DNA from: a virus
Lineage: Duplodnaviria > Caudoviricetes
Virus record (IMG/VR): IMGVR_UViG_3300032283_000637
Coordinates: 1 to 29,587 of that record
Length of the DNA: 29,587 nt
Direction: 5' to 3' (one strand)
The notes under the pieces were generated by a model, which searched no databases, was not told the origin of the DNA, and saw only the letters and a list, made by a program, of their open reading frames with translations. Every line of letters begins with the position of its first letter. Position 1 is the stretch's first letter. Positions 13,400 through 22,112 of this stretch are shown here, in pieces. The translations under genes were made by a program, and so were the position numbers.

Positions 13400-15627
13400 T
13401 CAACGCTAGGCAATGGACTAGAACTGGTTATTTCAAGCATCAAGGCTTCGGCTTCCTGTTGCGTAAAACCTGCATCTCGACACCAACGCAACGCTCTAAA
13501 CAACGTGTTGTTTCGGTTTCCGTCGTGATACCTGTTTTGGCACAATTTACGCACACACTTTTCAACAAACTCTTTGCTCTTATTCTCTGCTCTAAACGTG
13601 GCATTGTGCATCCGTGCGACTTGTTTAAGCTCTTGTTCCCCCATTTTTTCATGGTTAAACATCCGCCAATCAACAAAATGCAAGGCGTACTCATTAAACC
13701 ATGCTTGGCTGAATGCTTCATCACTCGCACGGTAAAACATACGGCTTGGATCAGCAGTAGCCGTGTCAAAGGTCAAGTTAAACGATTCGGCGACGTTTTT
13801 CATAATGCGTGTAAACTGCTTGGCATCCGTAAAATCTATCGGGGAAACTAAGGGTAAAAAGACTCTAAAACGGTCACACACCACACCGTTTTTCTCTTTT
13901 TGATGACTCTTTGTAGGCATAATCGCACAAGCCGTATCAATAAACATCGATTTCGTTTCTTCAATGGTTGTGCCTGTATCCACATCAAAAATCAACATCG
14001 TGTTTCCACCTTGCCAATCAGCTTTAGAGCGGTGTTCACCCTTAAACTTCCCAGCGGAATAATTACCGCACGTCGTCAAAGCTAGGGCAGTTTCTAAGGT
14101 GCATTCGTCACCTTCTACCCACTTGTACCCTTCTGAAAGGTGGTCATCCGCACACAAGGATATGGTTACAGGAATATCCTCCGTGCGTGGTAACTTCTCA
14201 AGCATATAACGCTCCTCCCTTTTTATCTTAGTTAAAACAAACATATAGCCTTGAGTGATAGCATAATCTTGCATCTCCTCAATCAATTCTTTTTTACGAG
14301 ATTTAGAAGCCTTGCGTCCTAGTGATTTATTCACATCGCCAAGATTAAAGTAACCTTTCTCGCCTGTGTCTAATTCACGCTTCATTGCAAGATCCCATAG
14401 TTCTTCGATATAATCAGTGGCATTTTCAATCGCGGTCTGTTCGGTCGTCAACTCATCAAGAAAACGAACTGAATAATTCCCAAAATGCTCTGTAAAGTTT
14501 ATGGCATCCTCAACGCTTTGAACATCGACAAGTTTTTTTCTTTGAATAACGGCAAAAACGCCAGCCAATTTTAACGCCTTCCAAAACCGCCCTTTTACTT
14601 CATGCTTGCTTGTTTTTGATACCTGCCCGCTTTCAATTCGACGTAGCAAGTTCTGCTCGTACTCATAAACGGTATAAGATGCGTCGTCGTCAAGGGGTAC
14701 AATCTGACCCACATTCTTTAAAACATCCGTTTGCAACTGGCTCAATTCTTGTAAAATATACGAGGTGCTTTCTTTCTTTTGTCCCGATTTATTCTGCTTA
14801 AGCCAATCGTCTTTAGATTGAAAATACGGTAAAACTTCTTTTGTTTGATCGTAAACAATAAAAGAACGACGTGCATACCCCTCTAAAAAAAGCTCAATAA
14901 ATGTCTGACGTTTCTTAGGGCATTTCATAACAATATCCATCGTCGTGTAAGCTAACAAATTGTTTGGCAAACGTTCAACGGTTTTCTTTTCAGAATCCCC
15001 TTTGACGGCTTTCCCTTTATTGTTGCCTGTGTCGTAGATTTCCATAACAAGGTCTAAAAAGCTGGTGTCGTTTGCTCTAATCCCCCTTAATTGCTTGGCA
15101 AGCTCTGATATTACAATACTAGTACATCCGACGCCTAGCGTCTTTAAAGAAATGCGTTCAGCAATCAACCCTTCACGTGTACCGTCCGACAAATCCAGCT
15201 CGGGCATTCTTGGAAAATGGCTTTTGATGTAGTGTTGCCTTGCTATCTGCAAATCCGCCGATATTTTTTCAGTCTTTGACGGATACTTTTTTTCGGCGTT
15301 TTTTCTTAATGTCTCCACCGCTCCAACGTGTGCATCCGCCAAGTCTGCTTCATAAACAACAGAAGCACCACCAAAAAACGTTTTAGCTAAAAAACTGGCA
15401 ATACTATCTTTCCCTGCTCCACTTTCAGCAAACACAAATCCGTAAAAGTTCATCAACGCAAACTTGCTATCCGTCCATTGAGCTTCAAAACGCCCCCTTG
15501 CCACAATGTCCGCCAATCCCTTAACGGCGTTTAAGTAGATTATATCTCGCTTAGCAGAAGGAAACTCGACCATAGTCGCATCAACGATCTGCTCAAGGAT
15601 TGATACTTGCGTTAATTGTTCAGACAC
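13366..15627 (-). CDS. replication protein: N-terminal P-loop ATPase/helicase (DUF3987-like) + C-terminal AEP-type primase + PriCT-like domain
   Basis: Walker A AESGAGKDS, GTREGL, ISEL; primase motifs IFDVD, TKSH, RFRVFLPL, D.ATADPSRMFY; GNRNNTLF; GTG start at 15627 after SD GAGGAG. Confidence 0.8.
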   Translation of the reverse strand: MSEQLTQVSILEQIVDATMVEFPSAKRDIIYLNAVKGLADIVARGRFEAQWTDSKFALMNFYGFVFAESGAGKDSIASFLAKTFFGGASVVYEADLADAHVGAVETLRKNAEKKYPSKTEKISADLQIARQHYIKSHFPRMPELDLSDGTREGLIAERISLKTLGVGCTSIVISELAKQLRGIRANDTSFLDLVMEIYDTGNNKGKAVKGDSEKKTVERLPNNLLAYTTMDIVMKCPKKRQTFIELFLEGYARRSFIVYDQTKEVLPYFQSKDDWLKQNKSGQKKESTSYILQELSQLQTDVLKNVGQIVPLDDDASYTVYEYEQNLLRRIESGQVSKTSKHEVKGRFWKALKLAGVFAVIQRKKLVDVQSVEDAINFTEHFGNYSVRFLDELTTEQTAIENATDYIEELWDLAMKRELDTGEKGYFNLGDVNKSLGRKASKSRKKELIEEMQDYAITQGYMFVLTKIKREERYMLEKLPRTEDIPVTISLCADDHLSEGYKWVEGDECTLETALALTTCGNYSAGKFKGEHRSKADWQGGNTMLIFDVDTGTTIEETKSMFIDTACAIMPTKSHQKEKNGVVCDRFRVFLPLVSPIDFTDAKQFTRIMKNVAESFNLTFDTATADPSRMFYRASDEAFSQAWFNEYALHFVDWRMFNHEKMGEQELKQVARMHNATFRAENKSKEFVEKCVRKLCQNRYHDGNRNNTLFRALRWCRDAGFTQQEAEALMLEITSSSPLPSVEWKTTVRSAWK

Positions 15628-15651
15628 TAATGGACTCCTCAAACAAAATAT

Positions 15652-15710
15652 AAAAAACACCCCCTCAAATACTGAAAGCGTGCGACGGCTTAGTGACTTA
15701 GGAGGGGGTG
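15652..15710 (-). terminator. terminator/attenuator in leader of helicase-primase gene
   Basis: CACCCCCTC/GAGGGGGTG stem (large loop) followed by T6 on minus strand, upstream of the SD. Confidence 0.5.
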
Positions 15711-15771
15711 CAGGCTTGGAGCCTCATCAAAAAAATGTATAAAAATTAGTCACTTCCAACGTCGCAAAACC

Positions 15772-15780
15772 ATAATAACA
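15772..15780 (-). promoter_or_regulatory. extended -10 promoter of replication unit
   Basis: TGTTATTAT. Confidence 0.5.
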
Positions 15781-15807
15781 TACTTCCATAATAAAAACAA
15801 GCCTATT

Positions 15808-16110
15808 TCTAAAAATACACGTGCATTTTTACGTGTATTTTTAAAACCATTGCTATGACTGGCTTTGAGGTGTAAAAATGTAAAAATGTAAAAATACACC
15901 TATAAAATAAATATAGGTTTTTTATATTCTTTCTTTTCTTTTACTCTTTACTTTTTTATCCCCTTTTTTCTTCTATAGTGTTTTTTTGCATTTTTGCATT
16001 TTTAGAAATTGGATAGGGTGTAAAGCGTTGTTATTATTGAATTACAAGGTCATGGTCTAAAAATACACGCTAAAACACTTTTGCATTTTTAGAAACCGTT
16101 TTGCATTTTT
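15808..16110. repeat. AT-rich iteron/inverted-repeat region, putative replication origin
   Basis: 13-bp inverted repeat 15810-15843, 3x TGTAAAAA 15871-15894, five TGCATTTTT, TCTAAAAATACACG at 15808 and 16056. Confidence 0.65.
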
Positions 16111-16265
16111 AACTTGCAAACAACGTGCAAACAAATAAATCGCACCACCACTGGCTATCCACCCCATAATGGCTAAAAAACGGCTAAACTTGCAAAAAAA
16201 CTACACAACAAACAACACCAGCACTTAGTCACACAATCGCCGTATTGGTTGTTTACAATTAAGGC

Positions 16266-16607
16266 ATGAAATACTTTACGCCAATCTTCATCCCTGAACT
16301 TAACCGCAAGGTCTATTTCAATCCCAAGACGTTTGACTTAAACTTGCAAAATATCAAACGCCTAGCTAACGGCTTGTCGCCAGTGGGTGTAGATGATCGC
16401 CATGTGACGCTTCACCACATCGGGCAACGCCACACAAGCAACTTGGTGACGGTAACGGATACGGTACACGTTCGTTATAGGGATGTGTTGCATGGGGAGC
16501 CACCAGCAAAGAAGCATCAGGTCAACCGAAACAAGTTCAAAAAAGAAAAGCGTATCATTTGGCAAGCGATTTTTGACTGGTTGAACTTGGATACAACAGG
16601 GGTGTGA
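16266..16607 (+). CDS. HNH/EndoVII-fold nuclease of the LHH family, stand-alone
   Basis: N..R...GLSPVG.D...VTLHHIGQ....L......H......LH......R..F......W pattern. Confidence 0.8.
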   Translation: MKYFTPIFIPELNRKVYFNPKTFDLNLQNIKRLANGLSPVGVDDRHVTLHHIGQRHTSNLVTVTDTVHVRYRDVLHGEPPAKKHQVNRNKFKKEKRIIWQAIFDWLNLDTTGV

Positions 16608-16740
16608 ATGAAAAGCTTGTTGTGAGCAATAGGAGACTACCCACACGGTGCGTAAATGCGTTTTAGGTATGTAGACAAGGGCAAGCGTATTTTGAGAGCT
16701 TAGAAAGGCGTGTGTTTAATTATGGCAAATATGCCACAAT

Positions 16741-16770
16741 AAAAAAAGCCCCCTATTGCTAGGGGGTTTG
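16741..16770. terminator. bidirectional intrinsic terminator
   Basis: A7-GCCCCCTA-TTGC-TAGGGGGT-TT between convergent genes. Confidence 0.75.
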
Positions 16771-16794
16771 GTTTACGTTATTTAACTTTAACGG

Positions 16795-17007
16795 CTAGCA
16801 AACATAAGGTTGTGGTTTAAGGGTTATAGTTTCAGGTGTAGAGTCAAGGGGAACATTTTTAAAAAACTTCCTCAAATCTTCAATGTGCCAAATGGTATTA
16901 TAATACAGGTCAACATACAAATCGGTTAATGGTGTACCTTGCCATTTTTTAGGAACGGAAAGATTATTAAGATCCACATCAAAACGTTTAAATACTTTGT
17001 TACTCAT
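16795..17007 (-). CDS. hypothetical protein (70 aa, start MSNKVFK)
   Basis: ORF track 16795..17037 trimmed to ATG after SD AAAGGA. Confidence 0.65.
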   Translation of the reverse strand: MSNKVFKRFDVDLNNLSVPKKWQGTPLTDLYVDLYYNTIWHIEDLRKFFKNVPLDSTPETITLKPQPYVC

Positions 17008-17039
17008 GGTGTGCATTTCCTTTCTAACTTGGTGCATAG

Positions 17040-17054
17040 GCTAGCATGACTAGC
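17040..17054. repeat. third, inverted copy of the sRNA core GCTAGCATGACTAGC
   Basis: Exact reverse complement of 10969-10983 and 11103-11117. Confidence 0.75.
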
Positions 17055-17105
17055 AAGCCTAGTATGGCGGATATGGCTACATAGGGGTAGCAGGGAGGGG
17101 GGTTT

Positions 17106-17345
17106 TTAGGCATTATTGTATTCACCTTTATACATGGGCGTATTTGCTTTTTTAAACTTTAGCAAATAGGCGTTCTTTTCTTTCAACTGGTTACTTTCTT
17201 CAAGCAAGCGGTCATACTCGGCTTGCAGTGCTTTAAGTGGTGTTTCAATTTCACGGTAAAACCTATTTACTTCATAATTGCCAAAGTTTCCAACTCTTTT
17301 GTTAAAGATGCCGTAAATGGTGTGCATTGTTTGTTCAAAGGTCAT
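17106..17345 (-). CDS. hypothetical protein with coiled coil
   Basis: ORF track; SD AAAGGA; upstream consensus promoter. Confidence 0.7.
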   Translation of the reverse strand: MTFEQTMHTIYGIFNKRVGNFGNYEVNRFYREIETPLKALQAEYDRLLEESNQLKEKNAYLLKFKKANTPMYKGEYNNA

Positions 17346-17410
17346 GGTTTTAGTTTCCTTTTCTTTAGTGTAAACCTTAAGGCGTTTCCTTTAGTTAACC
17401 TTATGTAATT

Positions 17411-17438
17411 ATTATAATACTTGATATAAACTTGTCAA
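17411..17438 (-). promoter_or_regulatory. consensus sigma70 promoter
   Basis: TTGACA-16 nt-TATAAT. Confidence 0.75.
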
Positions 17439-17461
17439 TCATTGTAATAAATCTTTACATT
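17438..17461. repeat. 24-bp putative operator, copy 2
   Basis: Identical to 9723-9746. Confidence 0.7.
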
Positions 17462-17492
17462 ATATGGAGGATATGAAACAAAGTGTTACCAC

Positions 17493-17521
17493 TTGACGAA
17501 AGCATTTAAATGTGTCATCAT
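17493..17521 (+). promoter_or_regulatory. possible promoter of morphogenesis operon
   Basis: TTGACG-17 nt-CATCAT (weak -10). Confidence 0.35.
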
Positions 17522-17561
17522 GCAGGTGTATAGTAACGCTACAACATAGGGGAGGGTTGAC

Positions 17562-17990
17562 ATGCCCTATAAGCCTAAAAAAGGGGAAACTCCTCCTACG
17601 CACCAGCCAACACTAGAAACTCGGGCAAATGTTGAAGCAATGGTAGTGAATGGATGCACAATCGCTCAAATCGCAGGCGTGCTAGATATGTGTCCAAATA
17701 CGCTTCAAAAGCATTACGCCCACGAGCTTAAACACGCAAAGAGCGTTTTAGATATGAAGGTAACACGCCGATTCAAAGCGTTCATGTTTGATGAAGAGGT
17801 AGACGATAGAGTCGCCCTTGACGCCATTAAGCACTACTCAAATGCGAAAATGGGCTGGAAGCAAACCACACAGGTAGACCAAAATACCACTCTTACTGTT
17901 GATGAAACCCTAGTTGACCAAATTAAAAACATGGACTTTGACAACATCATCGCACTAGGCAAGGGGCTTGATAAGCTGGAGGGTCAATAG
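17562..17990 (+). CDS. terS: terminase small subunit (HTH)
   Basis: H.PT...R..VEAM...G.T..QIA.VL.M...TL.KHY..EL motif; first gene of packaging operon. Confidence 0.75.
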   Translation: MPYKPKKGETPPTHQPTLETRANVEAMVVNGCTIAQIAGVLDMCPNTLQKHYAHELKHAKSVLDMKVTRRFKAFMFDEEVDDRVALDAIKHYSNAKMGWKQTTQVDQNTTLTVDETLVDQIKNMDFDNIIALGKGLDKLEGQ

Positions 17991-18383
17991 ATGCCGATTC
18001 GTGATGACGTTCTGTTTAGCAGGCTGGTTAATTCCTTAAACCATTTAAGCCTTTGCGTGCAGACAGGCACGGAACTTGACAACTCTACAATCAAGCGGAT
18101 TTACGAAGTGGTTAATCATTGCTGTATGCCTAGCGGATTTGTGGGTCAAAACGAAGATTACTTTAAAGAAACAATCAACTTATTACTGGAATACATCGAA
18201 ACCCTTGAACGCCCCCATGCCCTTATTAAAGAGGGGAAAGCTTCCCCTGCCCTTCAAAGGGCTTTTGTGCGTGGTGAGCTAAAGGACAAGGGCATCAGCT
18301 TAATCGCACCCACAACTACAATTATGGCGTGTTATGATGATAACAAAGCTTTAAAGTATTATTCACTAAGCAAAGGGGCATAA
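17991..18383 (+). CDS. hypothetical protein
   Basis: ORF track; SD GGAGG. Confidence 0.7.
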   Translation: MPIRDDVLFSRLVNSLNHLSLCVQTGTELDNSTIKRIYEVVNHCCMPSGFVGQNEDYFKETINLLLEYIETLERPHALIKEGKASPALQRAFVRGELKDKGISLIAPTTTIMACYDDNKALKYYSLSKGA

Positions 18384-18384
18384 T

Positions 18385-18591
18385 ATGAAGTTCACATTCG
18401 CTCAAGACTGGCACGATTACAAAGTAGGCGACCGTGTGCCTGCCAGCGTCAACAGGGCATACTTACTACAACATGGGATCATTAAGAGGTACAGCCACGT
18501 TGAAGCACTAGAAACTCAACAGGTTGAACTGAAAGAAGCCCCTGCAATCGTCGAAGCACCTAAGCCACAAGCCAAAGGTAAAAAGAAATGA
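18385..18591 (+). CDS. small hypothetical protein, resembles genes normally found right after the capsid gene
   Basis: F...W..YKVGD.V...L...GII plus Lys/Pro-rich tail. Confidence 0.6.
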   Translation: MKFTFAQDWHDYKVGDRVPASVNRAYLLQHGIIKRYSHVEALETQQVELKEAPAIVEAPKPQAKGKKK

Positions 18592-18977
18592 GCTATTCAG
18601 GTACACCGTCCAGTTCAGTAAAAGACTTACTCCGATTTTTGCTACAAGACACCGCAAGCCCTTACTTGTTTAGCAATGAAGAGCTTACGGATTCATACGC
18701 TTTGCAAAACTCTGATATGGCTAAAACCCTTTCCATGCTTTGCACGGCTTTAATCGCTAAATCAGCAGGCAAGCCACAGGATGAAGCCGTTGAAGGGCTT
18801 AGTGTCACATGGGGGAATATGGGTGCTAAATACGAAGCCTTGAAGCGTTCATTTGCCGAGATGAGCCAAGCAGGCACGCTCCCCACTTACGACGGCGTAA
18901 CCGCTACGACGGCATCAAGTACAATGACAATGGTTGTAACAGAAGCCCCTTACGCATGGCAGGGCTTGCCACAATGA
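18588..18977 (+). CDS. putative head-tail adaptor
   Basis: SY.G.P....D..RFL.QDT....LFSNEE pattern; size. Confidence 0.65.
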   Translation: MSYSGTPSSSVKDLLRFLLQDTASPYLFSNEELTDSYALQNSDMAKTLSMLCTALIAKSAGKPQDEAVEGLSVTWGNMGAKYEALKRSFAEMSQAGTLPTYDGVTATTASSTMTMVVTEAPYAWQGLPQ

Positions 18978-19303
18978 GAGAAGCCGTCGCCTCTTTGCTA
19001 GCACGATACGGCACGGCTTGCACGGTGTCACAAGTGGCAACCACCACACGCAATGCCACGACAGGAGCAGTCACAACGACAACCACGACACACACAGGCA
19101 AGGCATACCGTCAAAACGCAACAAAGGACACTAAGGGATTAAACCCTAGCGTTGGTGGCGTCTTGATCGTTCAGCTTACAAACGATTACGTCATCAAGCC
19201 AAAAGACTTAATCACACACGGCGGATACACAAACCAGCAGGTGCTACAGGTTCACACGGTCAACCCAGCAGAGGGGCTAGCGTATCAGAAAATAGGGGTT
19301 TAA
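18974..19303 (+). CDS. putative head-closure (stopper) protein
   Basis: LL.RYG...TV....... TG beta-rich pattern, P.D.I, V..V.P; ATGA overlap with adaptor. Confidence 0.6.
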   Translation: MREAVASLLARYGTACTVSQVATTTRNATTGAVTTTTTTHTGKAYRQNATKDTKGLNPSVGGVLIVQLTNDYVIKPKDLITHGGYTNQQVLQVHTVNPAEGLAYQKIGV

Positions 19304-20764
19304 ATGGCAAGCGTTCAAGCGTTACGCCTAGCACATGATGAAGCCTTGCGTCGCTTATGCAAAGGCTCCCTTTACTTCTTTGTTAAGACATTTTGGCACG
19401 TTGTGGTTCAACAAGGGGACTTTGTAGAAAACTGGCATATTGAAGCCATTTGCGACCACTTGCAAGCTCTAGCAGAAGAAAGGCTAGAACGTAACCGTTT
19501 GATGATATTCCTCCCTCCGCGCCACGCAAAGAGTATCATTGTCAACGTCTTTATGCCAGCGTGGGACTGGACGGTGCGACCACATAGGCGTTTTGTGTCA
19601 GCATCAGCTAAGGACAATCTCTCTACAAGGGATGCTGTAAAGGCTAGAAACTTGATTGCCTCCCCCTTTTACCAGCGTTTGTTTGGTGACGTGTGCAAGC
19701 CTCATGCAACACGATGGGGGTCAAGCTATTATCAGAATGAACAAGGGGGGAGTCGCCTACCTATTACAACCAGTGGTGGTACAGGGCAGGATGCGGATTT
19801 TCTGCTTTGCGACGATCCACTCGAAGCACAAGACGCACGAAGCCAAGTGAAACGAGATTCTTGTTTCTTTTGGTATGACTCTACTTTCACGACAAGGGGA
19901 ACTAAAGCCGAAAAGACCCCCTTAGTGTTGGTTCATCAACGGCTACACGAAGATGACATCGCAGGGCGTATCTTGGCAGATGAAGCCTACGCACGCCATT
20001 ATGATGTGCTTTGTTTCCCTGCCTTGTACGACTCAAATCATCCCATTAAGACCGTATCATCGCTAGGCTTCCAAGACCCACGCACGCAAGAGGGGGAACT
20101 GTTATGGGAGGCACGCTTTGGTGAGGTGTGGGTGCAACAGGAAAAAGCAAAAGGGGCAAGGCACTACAATAGCCAGTTACAACAGCGTCCAAGCGTTGCA
20201 GACGGCGAAATCTTCAAAGAAGAGATGTTCCCCATTGTGGACGAAAACGCTAATGCCATTATCAATGGTGCGACAGAAGTATTGCTTTCAGTGGATGCCA
20301 CGTTTAGCGATTCGGAGCTTTCTGACTGCGTGGCAATTATCGTTTTTGCACGGTACAAGGGCGAGTGGTATTGCGTCAACGGTATCAACAAACAAATGGA
20401 TTTCTTGGCAACCCTAACGAGCATTAAGCAAATGATGAACGAATATCGCCCTCATTCGCTTATAATTGAAAAGAAAGCAAACGGCGATGCTATCATTAGA
20501 GTATTGCGTCAGCATGGCATTGACAACGTGCTAGCCATAACACCAAAGGAAAGCAAGGAAGCAAGGGCAGAAGCCTCTACAATCTACCTTAATCAAGGGA
20601 GTGTCAAGTTTTTAGACAATCCCTTTACAGATTCGTTAATCGACCAAGCGATTGCTTTTCCAAATCGCAAGGATGATGATATGGTGGACGCCTTAACACA
20701 GTTCATCAATGCTAAACTAAATCGTAGACAGTCCGACGTTCAAGGCATAAGCATAGGATTTTAA
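19304..20764 (+). CDS. terL: terminase large subunit
   Basis: NWHI, LPPRHAKS (Walker A), LLCDDP (Walker B), QRLHEDD, SVDATF, IEKKANG, DDMVDALTQ. Confidence 0.95.
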   Translation: MASVQALRLAHDEALRRLCKGSLYFFVKTFWHVVVQQGDFVENWHIEAICDHLQALAEERLERNRLMIFLPPRHAKSIIVNVFMPAWDWTVRPHRRFVSASAKDNLSTRDAVKARNLIASPFYQRLFGDVCKPHATRWGSSYYQNEQGGSRLPITTSGGTGQDADFLLCDDPLEAQDARSQVKRDSCFFWYDSTFTTRGTKAEKTPLVLVHQRLHEDDIAGRILADEAYARHYDVLCFPALYDSNHPIKTVSSLGFQDPRTQEGELLWEARFGEVWVQQEKAKGARHYNSQLQQRPSVADGEIFKEEMFPIVDENANAIINGATEVLLSVDATFSDSELSDCVAIIVFARYKGEWYCVNGINKQMDFLATLTSIKQMMNEYRPHSLIIEKKANGDAIIRVLRQHGIDNVLAITPKESKEARAEASTIYLNQGSVKFLDNPFTDSLIDQAIAFPNRKDDDMVDALTQFINAKLNRRQSDVQGISIGF

Positions 20765-20765
20765 C

Positions 20766-22112
20766 ATGGCAAAAAATAAGAAGTACCGCAAGCAAACGCA
20801 GGCAACGCCTCAAAACATTCAAACCGCTTCAAGTTATGGAGCGTGGATGTTATGGGGTACAGAAGCCACGACGCAGATTAACAATCCCACGGATGCGAGG
20901 GGATGGGTTCAGCGTTATTACGACATGATAGAAACCGACACGGTGACAAGAGCCTTTTCAAGTGTTCTACAGCTTTTAATGACGAGCCTCACGTTTGAGA
21001 TTAAATCCAACGATGAAGACGACGGAGACGATTTTCACGAGATCGCCGAGCAGATGTTCACGGATTGGGCTGGTGGCGACTTTAAGGACTTCCTGCGAAA
21101 CTATGTCTCGACGTTCCTGTATGGGTTCTCTCTGTTTGAGCTGGTTTTGCGTAAAGGTGAAACAGGCTACGAGGTGGATAATTTAAACTTTCACCCCCAG
21201 CGGTATTTAACCGCTAAGTTTGCAGACCAGTATACGCTTGAAGGGTTTGATTCCCTTCTTACAACTGATACGATTGAATTATCGCAATGCGTTTATGCCA
21301 AAGGTATTGGCAACTACAACAATTCTGCTTATGGTGAGTCATTGCTTAAATCGGCTTACTTCCACTTTAAAAACAAGTGTTTTTATTTAACAAAAGAAAA
21401 CCGTCAAGTGCAAGTTAATTTAGAAGGCGTGCCAATTTTCACGTTTGACAACACAGGGTCAGAAGAGAAGATAAGAGAAGACGTAGAGCGTTTATCAGCA
21501 CAAGCGATACGGTACAAATCGGGGCTAGTGGATGGCTTGATTATTGGGTCAGCTCCTTATATGGATGCAGAAGGCAAGCCAACGAATACAAGACGTGAAG
21601 ACGTGCATTTAATGAGCGTCGAGGGGTCTAAGTTCATCGACACGAATGTTTTAATCAATCGTGAAGAAAACAGTATTGCAAGAGCGTTAATGGCTGGCTT
21701 TCTTGTTATGGTGGGGCAGGATTCAGGAAGCTATGCCCTAAGCAAAGACACCACGTCGATGTTTAAGCTACTGGTTGAAGGCATTGCACAGCATTTATGC
21801 GACACGTTCAATCACCAAGTCATTAAGCCTCTTTGGGTGCTAAACGGACAGCCGTTTGAGTACCTTCCCGAGCTTACTTATGATAGTGTAGACCTTACAC
21901 TAGATGGCATGGCGACGTTTATCAACGCTTTAAGTGGGGCTGGCATCGTGTTGACAGAAAGCCAAGAAAACTATTTGTTTGAATACGGCGGATTGCCTAA
22001 GCCCGAAGCCGAAGAGCGGTTGAAGTTGCAGGAGGACGCCTTGATGATGAACCCGATGATAGGCACACCCAAGCCCCCTTTAGATGACGAGCTGGCAGAT
22101 GATGCCGAGTGA
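20766..22112 (+). CDS. portal protein (Mu gp29/DUF935-like)
   Basis: Position after terL; YGFSLFELV, YGESLLKSAY, GSYALS, N..VI.PL..LN motifs. Confidence 0.9.
   Translation: MAKNKKYRKQTQATPQNIQTASSYGAWMLWGTEATTQINNPTDARGWVQRYYDMIETDTVTRAFSSVLQLLMTSLTFEIKSNDEDDGDDFHEIAEQMFTDWAGGDFKDFLRNYVSTFLYGFSLFELVLRKGETGYEVDNLNFHPQRYLTAKFADQYTLEGFDSLLTTDTIELSQCVYAKGIGNYNNSAYGESLLKSAYFHFKNKCFYLTKENRQVQVNLEGVPIFTFDNTGSEEKIREDVERLSAQAIRYKSGLVDGLIIGSAPYMDAEGKPTNTRREDVHLMSVEGSKFIDTNVLINREENSIARALMAGFLVMVGQDSGSYALSKDTTSMFKLLVEGIAQHLCDTFNHQVIKPLWVLNGQPFEYLPELTYDSVDLTLDGMATFINALSGAGIVLTESQENYLFEYGGLPKPEAEERLKLQEDALMMNPMIGTPKPPLDDELADDAE

Noticed and set aside
17988-17993. Stop-codon reassignment or read-through (TAG directly followed by in-frame ATG)
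   Set aside because: Downstream gene has its own GGAGG SD; long conserved genes are intact in code 11 and TAG/TGA end genes at expected places
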